Program-made: the position numbers and the translations under genes
NCBI GenBank assembly: GCA_018970785.1
Contig: JAGWVR010000005.1
Coordinates: forward strand, 6,067 to 70,066
DNA: 64,000 nt
From: Planctomycetota bacterium
Lineage (GTDB): Bacteria; Planctomycetota; Planctomycetia; Pirellulales; UBA1268
Direction: 5' to 3'
Notes under the pieces: model-generated
Databases searched by the model: none
What the model was told of the DNA's origin: nothing
The model's input: the letters and a program-made list of their open reading frames with translations, nothing else
Shown: piece after piece, positions 46,111 through 55,898 of the stretch
How the letters are laid out: every line of letters begins with the position of its first letter
Position numbering within the stretch: position 1 is the stretch's first letter

Positions 46111-48036
46111 ATGCGTGCGAAACGGCAGCGTCGGCACCCGCGGCGGCAGACCGGAGTGGAATCCCTCGAGCCGCGTGTCGTGATGGACGTTTCGGCCGGC
46201 TGGTCCGATCCGGTCGCGGATGTCGGCCCCGGCGATGACTTCGGCAGCCAGGCCGCCGTCCCACCCGCCGCCGCCGTCCTCGCCCGGCCGACGACGTCGT
46301 TCGCTGCTTCGGCTGATTTCTCCTTCACCCAGATGGCGGCACCCCCAGCGGCGCCTCCGGGACTGAGCATGAGGGTCGCCGCCACGGTGATCCGCGGTTC
46401 GGCCGCCGCCTTCGAACTTACGCTGCCGGCGCCAGCCGGCGCCGCCGGCGCGAGCGTGTCCTACCGCACGGCCGACATCGGTGCGAAGGCGGGAATCGAC
46501 TACCAGGCGATGAGCGGACGGATCACGTTCGCCCCCGGTGAGCGTTTCAAGCAGGTCGCCGTGCCGACGATCGCCGGACTTCCTGCGGGAAGCAAACCGC
46601 TGACGTTCGCCGTGGTTCTCTCGGAGCCAGTCAACGTCAAGCTCAACTCGGCCCAGGCCGTGACGACGATCGTCACCCGTGCGCAGCAATTCAACCCCGT
46701 GTTCGGTTTCGGCTTGGTCAACGCGGCCGCTGCCGTCGCCCAGGCGTCGGGTCGGATCGAGCCGTTCGTCCAGACGCCCGATCTCGGTGGCAACGCCTGG
46801 GGGCAGGATCTCGTCAAGGCTCCCGAAGCCTGGGCACGCGGGTACACCGGCCGTGGCGTCACCGTCGCGGTGATCGACAGCGGTGTCGATTACACGCATC
46901 CCGATCTGGCGAGCAATATCTGGGTGAATGCCCGCGAGGTGCCCGGCGACGGCATCGACAACGACGGCAACGGCTACGTCGACGACATCCGGGGCTGGAA
47001 CTTCAACGGCAACGGCGGTCGCGGCAGCAACGACCCGATGGATGACGACGGTCACGGAACCCATGTGGCCGGCACGATCGCCGCCCTCCGCAACGGCATC
47101 GGCGTCACCGGCGTGGCTCCGGATGCCAAGATCATGCCGCTCAAGGTGAAGGATCCGACGTTCCCGACGTTCGACGACTACCACACGTCGGTCGCCAAGG
47201 CGATCCGCTACGCCGTCGACAACGGCGCCCGCGTGATCAACATGAGCATCCGCACGCTGCCCGAGGTCGGGCCGACCCTGTCGTTCGGCTCGCGCCCGGT
47301 GGCGGCGATCCAGGACGCCCTCGCCTATGCCGCGTCGCGCAACGTCATCGCTGTCGCCGCGGCAGGCAATTCCCAGGAGTCGGCGAGCTTTTTCGGCTAC
47401 CCCGAAATCGCCGCGTCGCCGCTCTATCCGGCAGCGTACTCGACAATGTACGGCCTGTCGGTGGGCGCGGTGGACTACCAGGGGATGATTGCCTCGTTTT
47501 CCAACTACGCCAGTAATTCGCCGACGCAGCACCAGGTGATGGCCCCCGGCGTCGAGGTCTACTCGACGTTTCCCCGTGGTACCTACGAGTACCTCAGTGG
47601 GACGTCGATGGCCTCGCCGCATGTCGCCGGCGTCGTGGCGCTGATGGTCGGAGCCAATCCGCGGATCACGTCCAACCAGGTGCGCTCGATCGTCCCCAAC
47701 ACGTCGCAGCGGCTGCTCGGCACGATCATCACGGCCCGGCCCACGAAGGCCGCGTCGCTCCCCTTGTTGGCGGCAGCCAGCGGCCTGGATCAACCGATCT
47801 GGGTCGTGCCCGGCAGCGCGGCCCGGGGGAGTGACCGGGTCCGCGTGTTGGCGACGGCGCCTGTCGCGGCCCCGGCGCCCGCCGCCGCCGCTCTCCCGGC
47901 GTCGGCCTTCGCCGCGCTGGGGGCCGACGAGCCCAGTGCCGCCCGTCGGTCGCGGGGTGCGTCGGCGGTGGACCCGGAGGCTCCAGCGGTCGCCGGCGGA
48001 GTCGCGGTCCATGTCGGGGCCGGCCTGCCCGGCTGA
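46111..48036 (+). CDS. Subtilisin-family (S8) serine protease with Calx-beta domain
   Basis: Catalytic triad motifs 'VAVIDSGVDYTHPDL', 'HGTHVAGTIAA' and 'GTSMASPHVAG'. Calx-beta-like 'GIDYQAMSGRITFAPGERFKQVAVP'. N-terminal 'RR..VESLEPRVVM' motif. GGAGG-rich RBS upstream of ATG-46111. Confidence 0.88.
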   Translation: MRAKRQRRHPRRQTGVESLEPRVVMDVSAGWSDPVADVGPGDDFGSQAAVPPAAAVLARPTTSFAASADFSFTQMAAPPAAPPGLSMRVAATVIRGSAAAFELTLPAPAGAAGASVSYRTADIGAKAGIDYQAMSGRITFAPGERFKQVAVPTIAGLPAGSKPLTFAVVLSEPVNVKLNSAQAVTTIVTRAQQFNPVFGFGLVNAAAAVAQASGRIEPFVQTPDLGGNAWGQDLVKAPEAWARGYTGRGVTVAVIDSGVDYTHPDLASNIWVNAREVPGDGIDNDGNGYVDDIRGWNFNGNGGRGSNDPMDDDGHGTHVAGTIAALRNGIGVTGVAPDAKIMPLKVKDPTFPTFDDYHTSVAKAIRYAVDNGARVINMSIRTLPEVGPTLSFGSRPVAAIQDALAYAASRNVIAVAAAGNSQESASFFGYPEIAASPLYPAAYSTMYGLSVGAVDYQGMIASFSNYASNSPTQHQVMAPGVEVYSTFPRGTYEYLSGTSMASPHVAGVVALMVGANPRITSNQVRSIVPNTSQRLLGTIITARPTKAASLPLLAAASGLDQPIWVVPGSAARGSDRVRVLATAPVAAPAPAAAALPASAFAALGADEPSAARRSRGASAVDPEAPAVAGGVAVHVGAGLPG

Positions 48037-48104
48037 GCCGGCCCGGCGCCCGTCGAGCGCGTCGCGGCGGACAGTGGCAGGGGTGCGTGGTGTGCCCGCC
48101 GGAT

Positions 48105-50216
48105 TCAGGACCCCGTCTCTTCGAGCCTGACACCGGCCGGCGGGGCCGGCGCCATCGTGACCCCGCGCGGCGGAGTCGCGAATGACCCCGGGCGATCATC
48201 GCCGCCCTCCCCTTCGACACGGAACCGGCTGACGGCGTTGGTGAGCCCCTCGACCGCGTGCACCATGTGCCGTGCCGCTTCCTCGAAGTCGCGGAGGGTC
48301 TCGGTGGTCGAGCGCGTGCCGTCGCTGAGCGTCAGCAGGGCCTCGGTGATCTGCTGCGCCCCGGTGGCCTGGGCATGCATCCCCTGATTGACGTATTCGA
48401 AGCGTGTCGAGAGCCCGTGCACCTTGTCGATCACTTCGACGAATTGACCGCTGATCGCCGACACCCTGCCGACACCCGTCTTCACGTCGGTCGCGAACCG
48501 ATCCATCTCCTCCACGCCGGCGCTCACCGCCTCCTGCATCTGGGCGACGAGCCGCTCGATGTCGAGCGTGGCCACCGCGGTCTGGTCGGCCAGCCGGCGG
48601 ATCTCGCGGGCCACGACGATGAATCCCTGGCCATATTCTCCGGCCTTCTCCGCCTCGATGGCGGCGTTGATCGAGAGGAGGTTGGTCTGGTCGGCGACTT
48701 TCGTGATCGTCGTGATCACCATGTTGATGTCCTCCGCCCGTTCACGGATCAGGGCGAGGCGCTCGGTGAACTCGGCGGTCGATTCCTCGAGGCGGGTCAT
48801 CGTCTCACCGATGCCGGCGATGTCGGTCCGCCCGGCGCTGGCGACCTGGGCCGTCTCGGCAGCGACCGTGGCGACTTCGTTCATCGTGCCGAGGAGCTCG
48901 TGACCGGTGACGGCGATCTGCCGGCTGGCGACCGCGGCCTGGCTGGTGCTCGAGCCGAGCGATTGGATCGCCTGGCGTTGGCGTTCGCCCGCCGCCGACA
49001 GGCTCCGCGTGGTGTCGTCGAGCTCGTGCCCCGCCCGCTTCACCTCGCTGACCAGACCGCGGAGGCTGCCGGTCATCCGGCCGATGTCGCGGAGCAACTG
49101 CCCTGATTCGTCGCCTCCGCGGGTATCGAGCTGGCCGGTCAGGTCGCCGGCGGCGACGCGGCGTGCCATCGCGGTCGCCTGATCGACCCGTCGCGTGAAC
49201 CGGGTCGCCAGCCAGGCGAGGAATCCGAGCAGCGCCGCGAACACCGGCGCCGCCAGGGCCGCGAGGCGGAAGAGCGACGCTCGGGCCGGGGCGAGGATCG
49301 CGCGCTCGGGAAACACCGACACGACCTCCCACTGGGCGGTCTCCGACCGGGCGCTGGCCACCAGGCGGCGGCCCCCATGATCGGCATCGACGATCGATAC
49401 GAACGTGCCCGGCGACAGGTCGAGTTGCCCGAGCGTCTCCGCCAGCGTGCCGCGCGGGTCGCCGTCGGGCCGCGCGTCGGTCGCCGTCGATGCCAGCACC
49501 CGACCTGAGCTGCTGAAGACGACGATGTCGCCGGCTGGGGCACCGACGCCGAGGGACCCCGTCGCGAACGGTGCCTCGCGCTCGAGGACCCGCTGCAACT
49601 CGGCCTCCAGATCGGCGAGTGACCGCTCGACCGACGCCGCCCCGGCGAACCGCTCGGCTCGGACGATCGGATGGACATGCTCGACCACCAACCGTCCCCC
49701 GATCAGGCGCGGTTCGGCGACGAGCGTCTTGTCGGGGCGCGTCGGATCGAGATGCCGTGCGCGGCTCGCGGCGATCGTTCCGCCGTCGGAGGCCTCGGCC
49801 GCGATCGTCGCGTCGGGGCCGTCGCTCCGGATCCAGCGCGTGCCCGAGGCATCGGGCCCTGCGGGGCCCGTGGCGGGCGCGTCGTCGACGAGAGCGACTG
49901 CCGTCGCCAGGAACCGCGGCTCGGCCACGAGGACGTCGCGCGCGAGCCTCGCCCCGAGGTCGGCAGCATCTCCGGCGGCTGCCTCCTCCACCGCCTGGGC
50001 GAGCGTCCGCGCTGCGGTCGCGGCCTCGACGGTGACCCGCTCGATCCCGGCGGCGATCGTCTGGCTGCGGGCGACCAGGGTCCGCCCCGCCATGTCGACC
50101 AGCACCGCGTGCACCTGCCGGACCGACAGCCAGGCGAGGACCCCGAGGATCAGTGCCGCGGGCACCAGGCCGAGGAGCAGCAGGCGTTGGCGGATGCCGA
50201 GGAAGGGGGTCTGCAT
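48105..50216 (-). CDS. Methyl-accepting chemotaxis protein
   Basis: Two TM helices flank a roughly 290-aa periplasmic domain. HAMP domain, then the conserved MCP signalling hairpin ('IADQTNLLSINAAIEAEKAGEYGQGFIVVAREIRRLADQT'). ATG-50216 chosen; the upstream part of the 975-aa ORF is antisense to the HAD gene. Confidence 0.9.
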   Translation of the reverse strand: MQTPFLGIRQRLLLLGLVPAALILGVLAWLSVRQVHAVLVDMAGRTLVARSQTIAAGIERVTVEAATAARTLAQAVEEAAAGDAADLGARLARDVLVAEPRFLATAVALVDDAPATGPAGPDASGTRWIRSDGPDATIAAEASDGGTIAASRARHLDPTRPDKTLVAEPRLIGGRLVVEHVHPIVRAERFAGAASVERSLADLEAELQRVLEREAPFATGSLGVGAPAGDIVVFSSSGRVLASTATDARPDGDPRGTLAETLGQLDLSPGTFVSIVDADHGGRRLVASARSETAQWEVVSVFPERAILAPARASLFRLAALAAPVFAALLGFLAWLATRFTRRVDQATAMARRVAAGDLTGQLDTRGGDESGQLLRDIGRMTGSLRGLVSEVKRAGHELDDTTRSLSAAGERQRQAIQSLGSSTSQAAVASRQIAVTGHELLGTMNEVATVAAETAQVASAGRTDIAGIGETMTRLEESTAEFTERLALIRERAEDINMVITTITKVADQTNLLSINAAIEAEKAGEYGQGFIVVAREIRRLADQTAVATLDIERLVAQMQEAVSAGVEEMDRFATDVKTGVGRVSAISGQFVEVIDKVHGLSTRFEYVNQGMHAQATGAQQITEALLTLSDGTRSTTETLRDFEEAARHMVHAVEGLTNAVSRFRVEGEGGDDRPGSFATPPRGVTMAPAPPAGVRLEETGS

Positions 50217-50459
50217 GGGAAGCGGTCGGAGGGCCTGGTGCGGAACCGGCTCAAGACTAGCAAGGCGCGGCCTGCCCGGGGCGGACGGGGCCACGGCGGC
50301 CGGAAACCGCCCCTGCCACCCGTGCGGTCGTCGTCGACCCGGACCCCCCACGCGGCAACGCCGGTTCCGCCGTGGACACGCCGCCGGCGGGGCGCCACGA
50401 TGGCATGCCGGCCCTCGGAGCGCCCCTGGGGCGGAACCCCACTTCACAGAGTCCTGCCG

Positions 50460-51056
50460 ATGTGGCACCGTCCTCGATACGACGCCCTCCTCTTCGACTG
50501 CGACGGCACGCTCGCCGACACCATGCCGGCTCATTACCGGGCGTGGCTGGCGGTCACGTCGTCGCACGGGATCGCGTTTCCGGAGAGCCGGTTCTACGCC
50601 CTCGGCGGCCGTCCGACACGCGACATCGTCGCCACGCTGGCCCGTGAGGCGGGGATCGAACTCGACATCACCGCCGCCGCCCGCCGCAAGGAAGAGGCGT
50701 TCCTCGCCGGCCTCGGTGCCGTGCAGCCGATCGAACCGGTCGTCGCCGTCGTTCGCCGCTGCCGGGGCCGCGTGCCGATGGCGGTGGTCACCGGCGGCCA
50801 CCGTGCCGTCTGCCGGAGAATCCTCGCCCACATCGGCCTCGCCGACGGCTTCGACGATCTCGTCGCCAGCGAGGACACTGCCCGCCACAAGCCCGACCCC
50901 GATCCGTTCCTGGAGGCAGCCCGGCGGCTCGGAGTCGAGCCTCGCCGCTGCGTCGTCTGGGAGGACAGCGATCTGGGCATCGCCGCCGCCCGCGCTGCCG
51001 GGATGGAGTGGGTCGACGTCCGTGGCTTCCACCGCCCCGCACCGGTGAGCCGATGA
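50460..51056 (+). CDS. HAD-superfamily hydrolase (beta-phosphoglucomutase-like subfamily IA)
   Basis: Motif I 'LLFDCDGTLADT', motif II 'VVTGG', and motif III/IV 'HKPDPDPFLEAARRLGV..CVVWEDSDLGIAAARAAGM'. Confidence 0.85.
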   Translation: MWHRPRYDALLFDCDGTLADTMPAHYRAWLAVTSSHGIAFPESRFYALGGRPTRDIVATLAREAGIELDITAAARRKEEAFLAGLGAVQPIEPVVAVVRRCRGRVPMAVVTGGHRAVCRRILAHIGLADGFDDLVASEDTARHKPDPDPFLEAARRLGVEPRRCVVWEDSDLGIAAARAAGMEWVDVRGFHRPAPVSR

Positions 51057-52276
51057 GCGGTGCGGCCTCGGTGTCGCTGGCCGACATCCGCGCCGCCCGT
51101 GAGCGGATCAGCGGCGCGATCTACCATTCCCCCTGCCCGGTGAGCGTGCCCCTCTCGGAGTTGGTCGGCGCGACGGTGTTTTGCAAGCTCGACCTCCTCC
51201 AGCGAACCGGGTCGTTCAAGGAACGCGGTGCCCGCAACGCCCTGGTGCTTCTCGATCCCGCCGCCCGGCGCCGTGGCGTCGTCGCCGCGTCGGCCGGCAA
51301 TCACGCCCTCGGGCTCGCCTGGCACGGGCGTCTCCTCGGCATCCCGGTGACGGTCGTGATGCCGCGGTTCGCCCCGCTGGTGAAGGTCGCGACCTGCCGC
51401 CGCCTCGGAGCGACGGTGATCCTCCATGGCGACTCGTTCGACGAGGCCCGGGCCGAGGCGGTGCGGATCGCCGCCGCCGACGGGCTCGAGCGGATCCATG
51501 GGTTCGACGATCCGCGCGTGATCGCCGGCCAGGGGACGATGGCCCTCGAAGTGCTCGAGGACGTCCCCGATGCCGAGGTGATCGTCGTACCCACCGGCGG
51601 TGCCGGCCTGCTCGCCGGCGTGGCCACGGTCGCCAAGGCGCTCGCTCCTTCGATCCGCATCGTCGCCGTCGAGCCCGCCGCGGCGCCGAGCCTGTCGGCG
51701 TCGCTCGCCGCCGGCCATCCTGTGGCGGTGCCGGTGCGGCCGACGCTCGCCGACGGCCTCGCCGTGGGGCGCGTCGGCGACGTTGCCTTCCCGATCGCGG
51801 CGCCGCTGATCGACCACGTCGTCACCGTCGGCGAGGAGGCCCTCGCCCTGGCGGTGTTGCGCCTCGCGGAGCTCGAGAAGCTGGTGGTCGAGGGGGCAGG
51901 GGCGGCGGCGTTGGCGGCGCTGCTGGCGGAGGGCTGTCCGGATGTCCGCGGCCGCCGCGTCGTCCTCCTCCTCTGCGGCGGCAACATCGACCTCTCGATC
52001 CTCGGTAGGGTGATCGACCACGGCCTGGCTGCCGACGGCAGGCTGTGGCGGTTCACGACGCGGGTCACCGACCGCCCCGGCGGGATCGCCCGGCTCGCGG
52101 CGGTGATCGCCGAGGCCGGCGCCAGCGTTCTCGAGATCGCCCACGACCGCACCTTCTCCGGCCCCGACGTGTTCTCCGTCCGCGTCGCGGTCACGGTGGA
52201 GACCGCCGACCGGGCCCAGATCGATGCGCTGGCAGCCGCCCTCGCCGCCGCCGGTTTTCCCCTCGGCGCCGGCTGA
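51053..52276 (+). CDS. ilvA: Threonine ammonia-lyase (threonine dehydratase) with C-terminal ACT-like domain
   Basis: PLP-lysine context 'QRTGSFKERGARN', 'SAGNHA', and a glycine-rich loop 'VPTGGAGLLAG'. ACT-like tail 'RFTTRVTDRPGGIARLAAVI'. ATGA overlap with the HAD gene. Confidence 0.88.
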   Translation: MSGAASVSLADIRAARERISGAIYHSPCPVSVPLSELVGATVFCKLDLLQRTGSFKERGARNALVLLDPAARRRGVVAASAGNHALGLAWHGRLLGIPVTVVMPRFAPLVKVATCRRLGATVILHGDSFDEARAEAVRIAAADGLERIHGFDDPRVIAGQGTMALEVLEDVPDAEVIVVPTGGAGLLAGVATVAKALAPSIRIVAVEPAAAPSLSASLAAGHPVAVPVRPTLADGLAVGRVGDVAFPIAAPLIDHVVTVGEEALALAVLRLAELEKLVVEGAGAAALAALLAEGCPDVRGRRVVLLLCGGNIDLSILGRVIDHGLAADGRLWRFTTRVTDRPGGIARLAAVIAEAGASVLEIAHDRTFSGPDVFSVRVAVTVETADRAQIDALAAALAAAGFPLGAG

Positions 52277-52359
52277 TCGACCCTGCCGACGGCGCATGTG
52301 GTGCCGGTCGTGCCACCCGGGCAGGCGCCGGAGTTTTTTCCCGCGGCGGAGGCCGGGGA

Positions 52360-52548
52360 ATGCCGATCGACCTTGATCGGGAGCGATGGCCGGCGGCGGA
52401 GGGCGCGATGGTGACACACGCGGGGAACACGCACCGCCCCTCGGCGACGGAGCAGGAGCGTGAACGGCGCCGGCTGCGCCGCGAGCTGCTGCGGCGGATC
52501 CTCGACCGGGAGACACGCCGGCGCCGGTCGCGGGGCGTCGGGCGCTGA
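52360..52548 (+). CDS. Possible 62-aa Arg-rich small protein (weak call)
   Basis: ATG-52360 preceded by GGAGG. The C-terminal half, 'EQERERRRLRRELLRRILDRETRRRRS', is a highly charged helix. No recognisable family. Confidence 0.25.
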   Translation: MPIDLDRERWPAAEGAMVTHAGNTHRPSATEQERERRRLRRELLRRILDRETRRRRSRGVGR

Positions 52549-52580
52549 CACCTCCGTCGCCTTGCCGTGGAGACCGACCG

Positions 52581-53657
52581 GTGCGACACGCGGCACACCT
52601 CGCCAGCGTCGTGGCGGCAGGGCTCTGGCTCGCGGCGGCCGCGCCGGCGGCTGCCCAGTGGTGGCCATGGTGGCCGCAGCCGAGAGGGCCGGCGCCTTTC
52701 GAGCCGGAACTGTTCGCCGATTACCTCGCCTCCGGTCAGGCGCCCCATCCGGCCGTGGTGCGGATCGTGGCGGCGGAGCGCGGTGCCACCTCGCTTGGCT
52801 CCGGCGTGCTCGTCGACGTCGATGCCACCCGCGGCCTGATCGTCACCAACCACCACGTCGTCCGCGACACGCGCTCCGCGGTGCTCGTGCAGTTTCCCGA
52901 CGGCTTTCAGTCGGCCGGGACGGTCCTCCGCGAGGATCCGACCTGGGACCTCGCCGTGATCGTCGTCTGGCGCCCGCCCGCGAGCCCGGTGATCCTCGCC
53001 GACGCGCCCCCGGCGATCGGTGCGCCCCTCACGATCGCCGGCTGGGGCCGCGGCACGTTCCGCGCCCAGTCCGGCCCCTGCACGCAGTACCTCTCCCCGG
53101 GCTCGGGCCAGCCGCGGGAGCTGGTTGAGCTGGTCGCTGCGGCGCGCCAGGGGGACTCCGGCGGACCGATCCTCGATGCCTCCGGCCGTCTGGCGGGCGT
53201 TCTGTTCGGTGAGAACGACGGCCGCACCGTCGGCAGTGCCGTGACGCGCGTCCGGGCGATCCTGGCGACTGTGGGTTCGGCGGGGGCCAGCCCGATGCCC
53301 ACTCCCTTCGTCCCGCCGCTGCCGGGGCCGGTACCGGCGCTTGCCGCGGCGAATCCCGCCGGTTTGCCCTCCGCGCCCGCCGCCGCCGCTCCTGCCTGGG
53401 CCGAAGCCGACCCGGGCCCACTTCCCGAGTCAGCTGCCGTCTCCGGCGCTGCCACCGACGAGACCGCTGCACCGCCGACGGTCGCGCCGGACGGCGTTCC
53501 GGTCGAGCCGGTGTCGCCGCGACTTCCCGACGTCGGCGAGCTCGTCGGCAAGTTGCGCACGCCGGAGGGGCGCGAGGCGGCGGTGCAGGCCGCCGGCGGC
53601 ATCGCGCTGTCGCTGCTCGGCCTCCGCGCCGTGTTTCGCCGCCGGCGGCGTCCGTGA
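52581..53657 (+). CDS. Trypsin-like (S1) serine protease with C-terminal membrane anchor
   Basis: Signal peptide. Triad contexts 'IVTNHHVV', 'DLAVIVV' and 'GDSGGPIL'. Pro/Ala-rich linker and terminal TM plus Arg cluster (GGIALSLLGLRAVFRRRRRP). Confidence 0.8.
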   Translation: MRHAAHLASVVAAGLWLAAAAPAAAQWWPWWPQPRGPAPFEPELFADYLASGQAPHPAVVRIVAAERGATSLGSGVLVDVDATRGLIVTNHHVVRDTRSAVLVQFPDGFQSAGTVLREDPTWDLAVIVVWRPPASPVILADAPPAIGAPLTIAGWGRGTFRAQSGPCTQYLSPGSGQPRELVELVAAARQGDSGGPILDASGRLAGVLFGENDGRTVGSAVTRVRAILATVGSAGASPMPTPFVPPLPGPVPALAAANPAGLPSAPAAAAPAWAEADPGPLPESAAVSGAATDETAAPPTVAPDGVPVEPVSPRLPDVGELVGKLRTPEGREAAVQAAGGIALSLLGLRAVFRRRRRP

Positions 53658-53704
53658 GCGGCACTCCCCAAGCGGCCGTCCGGGCGCCCGACGCGCGGGG
53701 GCGT

Positions 53705-54253
53705 TCAGCGCTTCTTCGGGATCTTTTCGACGGTCGCCTTCCGGATCGTCACCGGCGTCAGTGGCCGATCCTGGGCTCCGGTGCGCACCTCGCCGATCTT
53801 CTTGACGACCGCGAGGCTGGCGTCGTCGGCGGTCTTGCCGAAGGCCGTGTACTGTCCGTCGAGGTGCGGGACGCGCTCGAGGCAGATGAAGAACTGGCTG
53901 CCGGCGGAGTCCGGATCACTCGTCCGGGCCATCGACAGCACGCCCGGCTCGTGGCGTGTGGAGTTGAACTCGGCGGGGATCTTGTAGCCGGGGCCGCCGG
54001 TGCCGGTGCCCTCGGGGCAGCCCCCCTGGATCATGAACCCCTTGATGATCCGGTGGAACGTGACGCCGTCGTAAAACCCGTTCTCCGCCAGCGCGACGAG
54101 ATTGCGCACGTGCCCCGGGGCCGTCTTGGAATCGAGCGTGAGGCGGATCGGGCCTTCGCTCGTGTCGAGGAGCACGGCGTAGTCGAAAGCGTCGAGGTCG
54201 AGATCCTTCGCCGCCTTCTGGAGGACGGCGGCGGAGGGTTTGGGCTGCGGCAT
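53705..54253 (-). CDS. Cyclophilin-type peptidyl-prolyl cis-trans isomerase
   Basis: 'FHRIIKGFMIQGGCPEGTGTGGPGY', 'GVLSMARTSDPDSAGSQFFI' and 'HLDGQYTAFG'. ATG-54253 preferred over TTG-54259. Confidence 0.93.
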   Translation of the reverse strand: MPQPKPSAAVLQKAAKDLDLDAFDYAVLLDTSEGPIRLTLDSKTAPGHVRNLVALAENGFYDGVTFHRIIKGFMIQGGCPEGTGTGGPGYKIPAEFNSTRHEPGVLSMARTSDPDSAGSQFFICLERVPHLDGQYTAFGKTADDASLAVVKKIGEVRTGAQDRPLTPVTIRKATVEKIPKKR

Positions 54254-54425
54254 GGGCAACGCTCCGGTGTCGGGTCCGTTGGAAGAGGTGCCGTCGTGGC
54301 AGCCTTCCAGGACCGTCAGTCTCGCGGCAGGGTGCCGCGGGCGTCAAACGCCGCCCCCGCGTCGGGCCGCGCCGCGGCGTCACGTTGCCCCTCTGCTGCC
54401 CACCGCCGATACTGACCGCTCCCCG

Positions 54426-55607
54426 ATGACCGGCATGGAACCCTCCCCGTCCGCTCCGCCGCCGCCCGACGATCTTTCCGGCCGACGGCTGGGGGGCTAT
54501 CGGCTCCTGCGCCTGCTCGGCCGCGGGGCGATGGCCGACGTCTACCTCGCCGAGCAGCAGTCGCTCGGCCGCCACGTGGCGGTGAAGATCCTCCGCCCGC
54601 GGACTGTCGCCCAGCCGGGCGCCGTGCAGCGCTTCACGCAGGAGGCGCGGGCGGCGGCGGCGCTGGTCCACGGCAACATCGTGCAGATCCACGAGGTCGC
54701 GTGCATCGACGGCACGCACCTGCTCGCCGAGGAATACGTCGCCGGCCCCACGCTCCGCGCCTGGCTCGACCGCCGTGGCACGCTCGACGGCCGGCAAGCC
54801 CTCTCGGTCCTCGGGCAGGTCGGGGCGGCGCTGGAGCGCGCCGCGGGGCAGGGGATCGTCCACCGCGACATCAAGCCGGAAAACCTCCTCGTCGCCCCGA
54901 CCGGCGAGGTCAAGGTGGCCGACTTCGGCCTCGCCCGGGTGCTCACCGACGGTGTCGGCAGCGACCTGACGCAGGACGGGACGACACTCGGGACTCCGCT
55001 CTACATGAGTCCCGAGCAGGCGGAGGGGAAGGCGGTCGACACCCGCAGCGACCTGTATTCGCTCGGCGCCACCCTCTACCACCTCCTCGCCGGGACGCCG
55101 CCGTTCTCCGGGGCGACGCCGATCGCCGTGGCGATGGCCCATGTCACGCAGCCCTGCCCGCCGCTGGCGACGCGGCGTGGCGACCTGCCCGCCGACGTGG
55201 TGGCGATCGTGACCCGGCTGCTGGCGAAGGATCCGCAGGACCGGTTCGCGACGCCGGCCGAGTTGCTCGGCGCCGTGGCGGCGGCGGAGCACGCCCTCGA
55301 TCCGCCGATGCGCCGCCACGACCCCTCGCCGATGGCCTGGTCGGCCTCCGGCGCGCCGTGGGATTCGGCGTTGGCGGTGGGGACGGCGGCTCCGCCGGGG
55401 CGCAGCTGGCTCCAGACGCGGACCGTCGAGATGCGCGACGCGACCAAGCGGCTCCAGGACGCGATGGAGCGTGAGCACCTCCGCCGCGAGAGCGACCGGC
55501 GGATGTGGTTGGCGGTGGTGGCGGCCGGGGTGGCCAGTGCGAGCCTGGGCTACGTCGTCGGCCGCGCGCGGCCGCGGACGAGCCGGCTGTTCCGCTCGTC
55601 GCGCTGA
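54426..55607 (+). CDS. Hanks-type Ser/Thr protein kinase with C-terminal TM segment
   Basis: 'LGRGAMADVY', 'VAVKIL', 'HRDIKPENLLV', 'DFGLAR' and 'GTPLYMSPEQ'. C-terminal TM (MWLAVVAAGVASASLGYVVG). Confidence 0.92.
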   Translation: MTGMEPSPSAPPPPDDLSGRRLGGYRLLRLLGRGAMADVYLAEQQSLGRHVAVKILRPRTVAQPGAVQRFTQEARAAAALVHGNIVQIHEVACIDGTHLLAEEYVAGPTLRAWLDRRGTLDGRQALSVLGQVGAALERAAGQGIVHRDIKPENLLVAPTGEVKVADFGLARVLTDGVGSDLTQDGTTLGTPLYMSPEQAEGKAVDTRSDLYSLGATLYHLLAGTPPFSGATPIAVAMAHVTQPCPPLATRRGDLPADVVAIVTRLLAKDPQDRFATPAELLGAVAAAEHALDPPMRRHDPSPMAWSASGAPWDSALAVGTAAPPGRSWLQTRTVEMRDATKRLQDAMEREHLRRESDRRMWLAVVAAGVASASLGYVVGRARPRTSRLFRSSR

Positions 55608-55768
55608 GCGCGGCGGTGCTCCGGCGCCGATCCGGTCAGCGCGACCTCTCCGATCGTCACCGGCACCCGTCGGCTCCTTTGGCAGCGGGCGAATGCCGAT
55701 GGAACGACGGTGAGAATGAGAGCCGGCGAGGGGACATGTGTCCGATCGGTCGACCTGATCGGAAAACC

Positions 55769-55796
55769 TTGACACCCCGATCGGCTCTGCTACAAG
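55769..55796 (+). promoter_or_regulatory. Candidate sigma70-type promoter for tRNA-Glu
   Basis: Perfect -35 TTGACA (55769-55774), a 16-nt spacer, and -10-like TACAAG (55791-55796), ending 12 nt before the tRNA 5' end. An AT-containing hexamer pair is rare in this GC-rich DNA. Confidence 0.4.
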
Positions 55797-55808
55797 GATT
55801 TGGAACGC

Positions 55809-55881
55809 GCCCCCATCGTCTAGTGGCCCAGGACGTCGGGTTCTCAGTCCGAAAACCGGGGTTCGACTCCCCGTGGGGGTA
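55809..55881 (+). tRNA. tRNA-Glu (anticodon CUC), CCA not encoded
   Basis: Folded by hand. Acceptor GCCCCCA/TGGGGGT, D-arm 'TCGTCTAGTGGCCCAGGAC' typical of tRNA-Glu, anticodon stem TCGGG/TCCGA with loop TT-CTC-AG, T-arm CGGGG-TTCGACT-CCCCG, discriminator A. Confidence 0.9.
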
Positions 55882-55898
55882 GTGCGGTGCAGGCAGCG

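Noticed and set aside
48105-51032. 975-aa ORF suggesting an MCP with a 270-aa N-terminal extension.
   Set aside because: The extension is antisense to the well-supported HAD hydrolase gene (50460-51056) and has no TM or domain features. ATG-50216 gives a canonical MCP N-terminus with a TM helix.
52316-52339. T6 run (52334-52339) after ilvA, rare in this GC-rich DNA, preceded by CCGG..CCGG.
   Set aside because: Only a 4-bp stem can be drawn, which is too weak to call a terminator. The T-run may instead belong to the leader of the small ORF or the protease gene.
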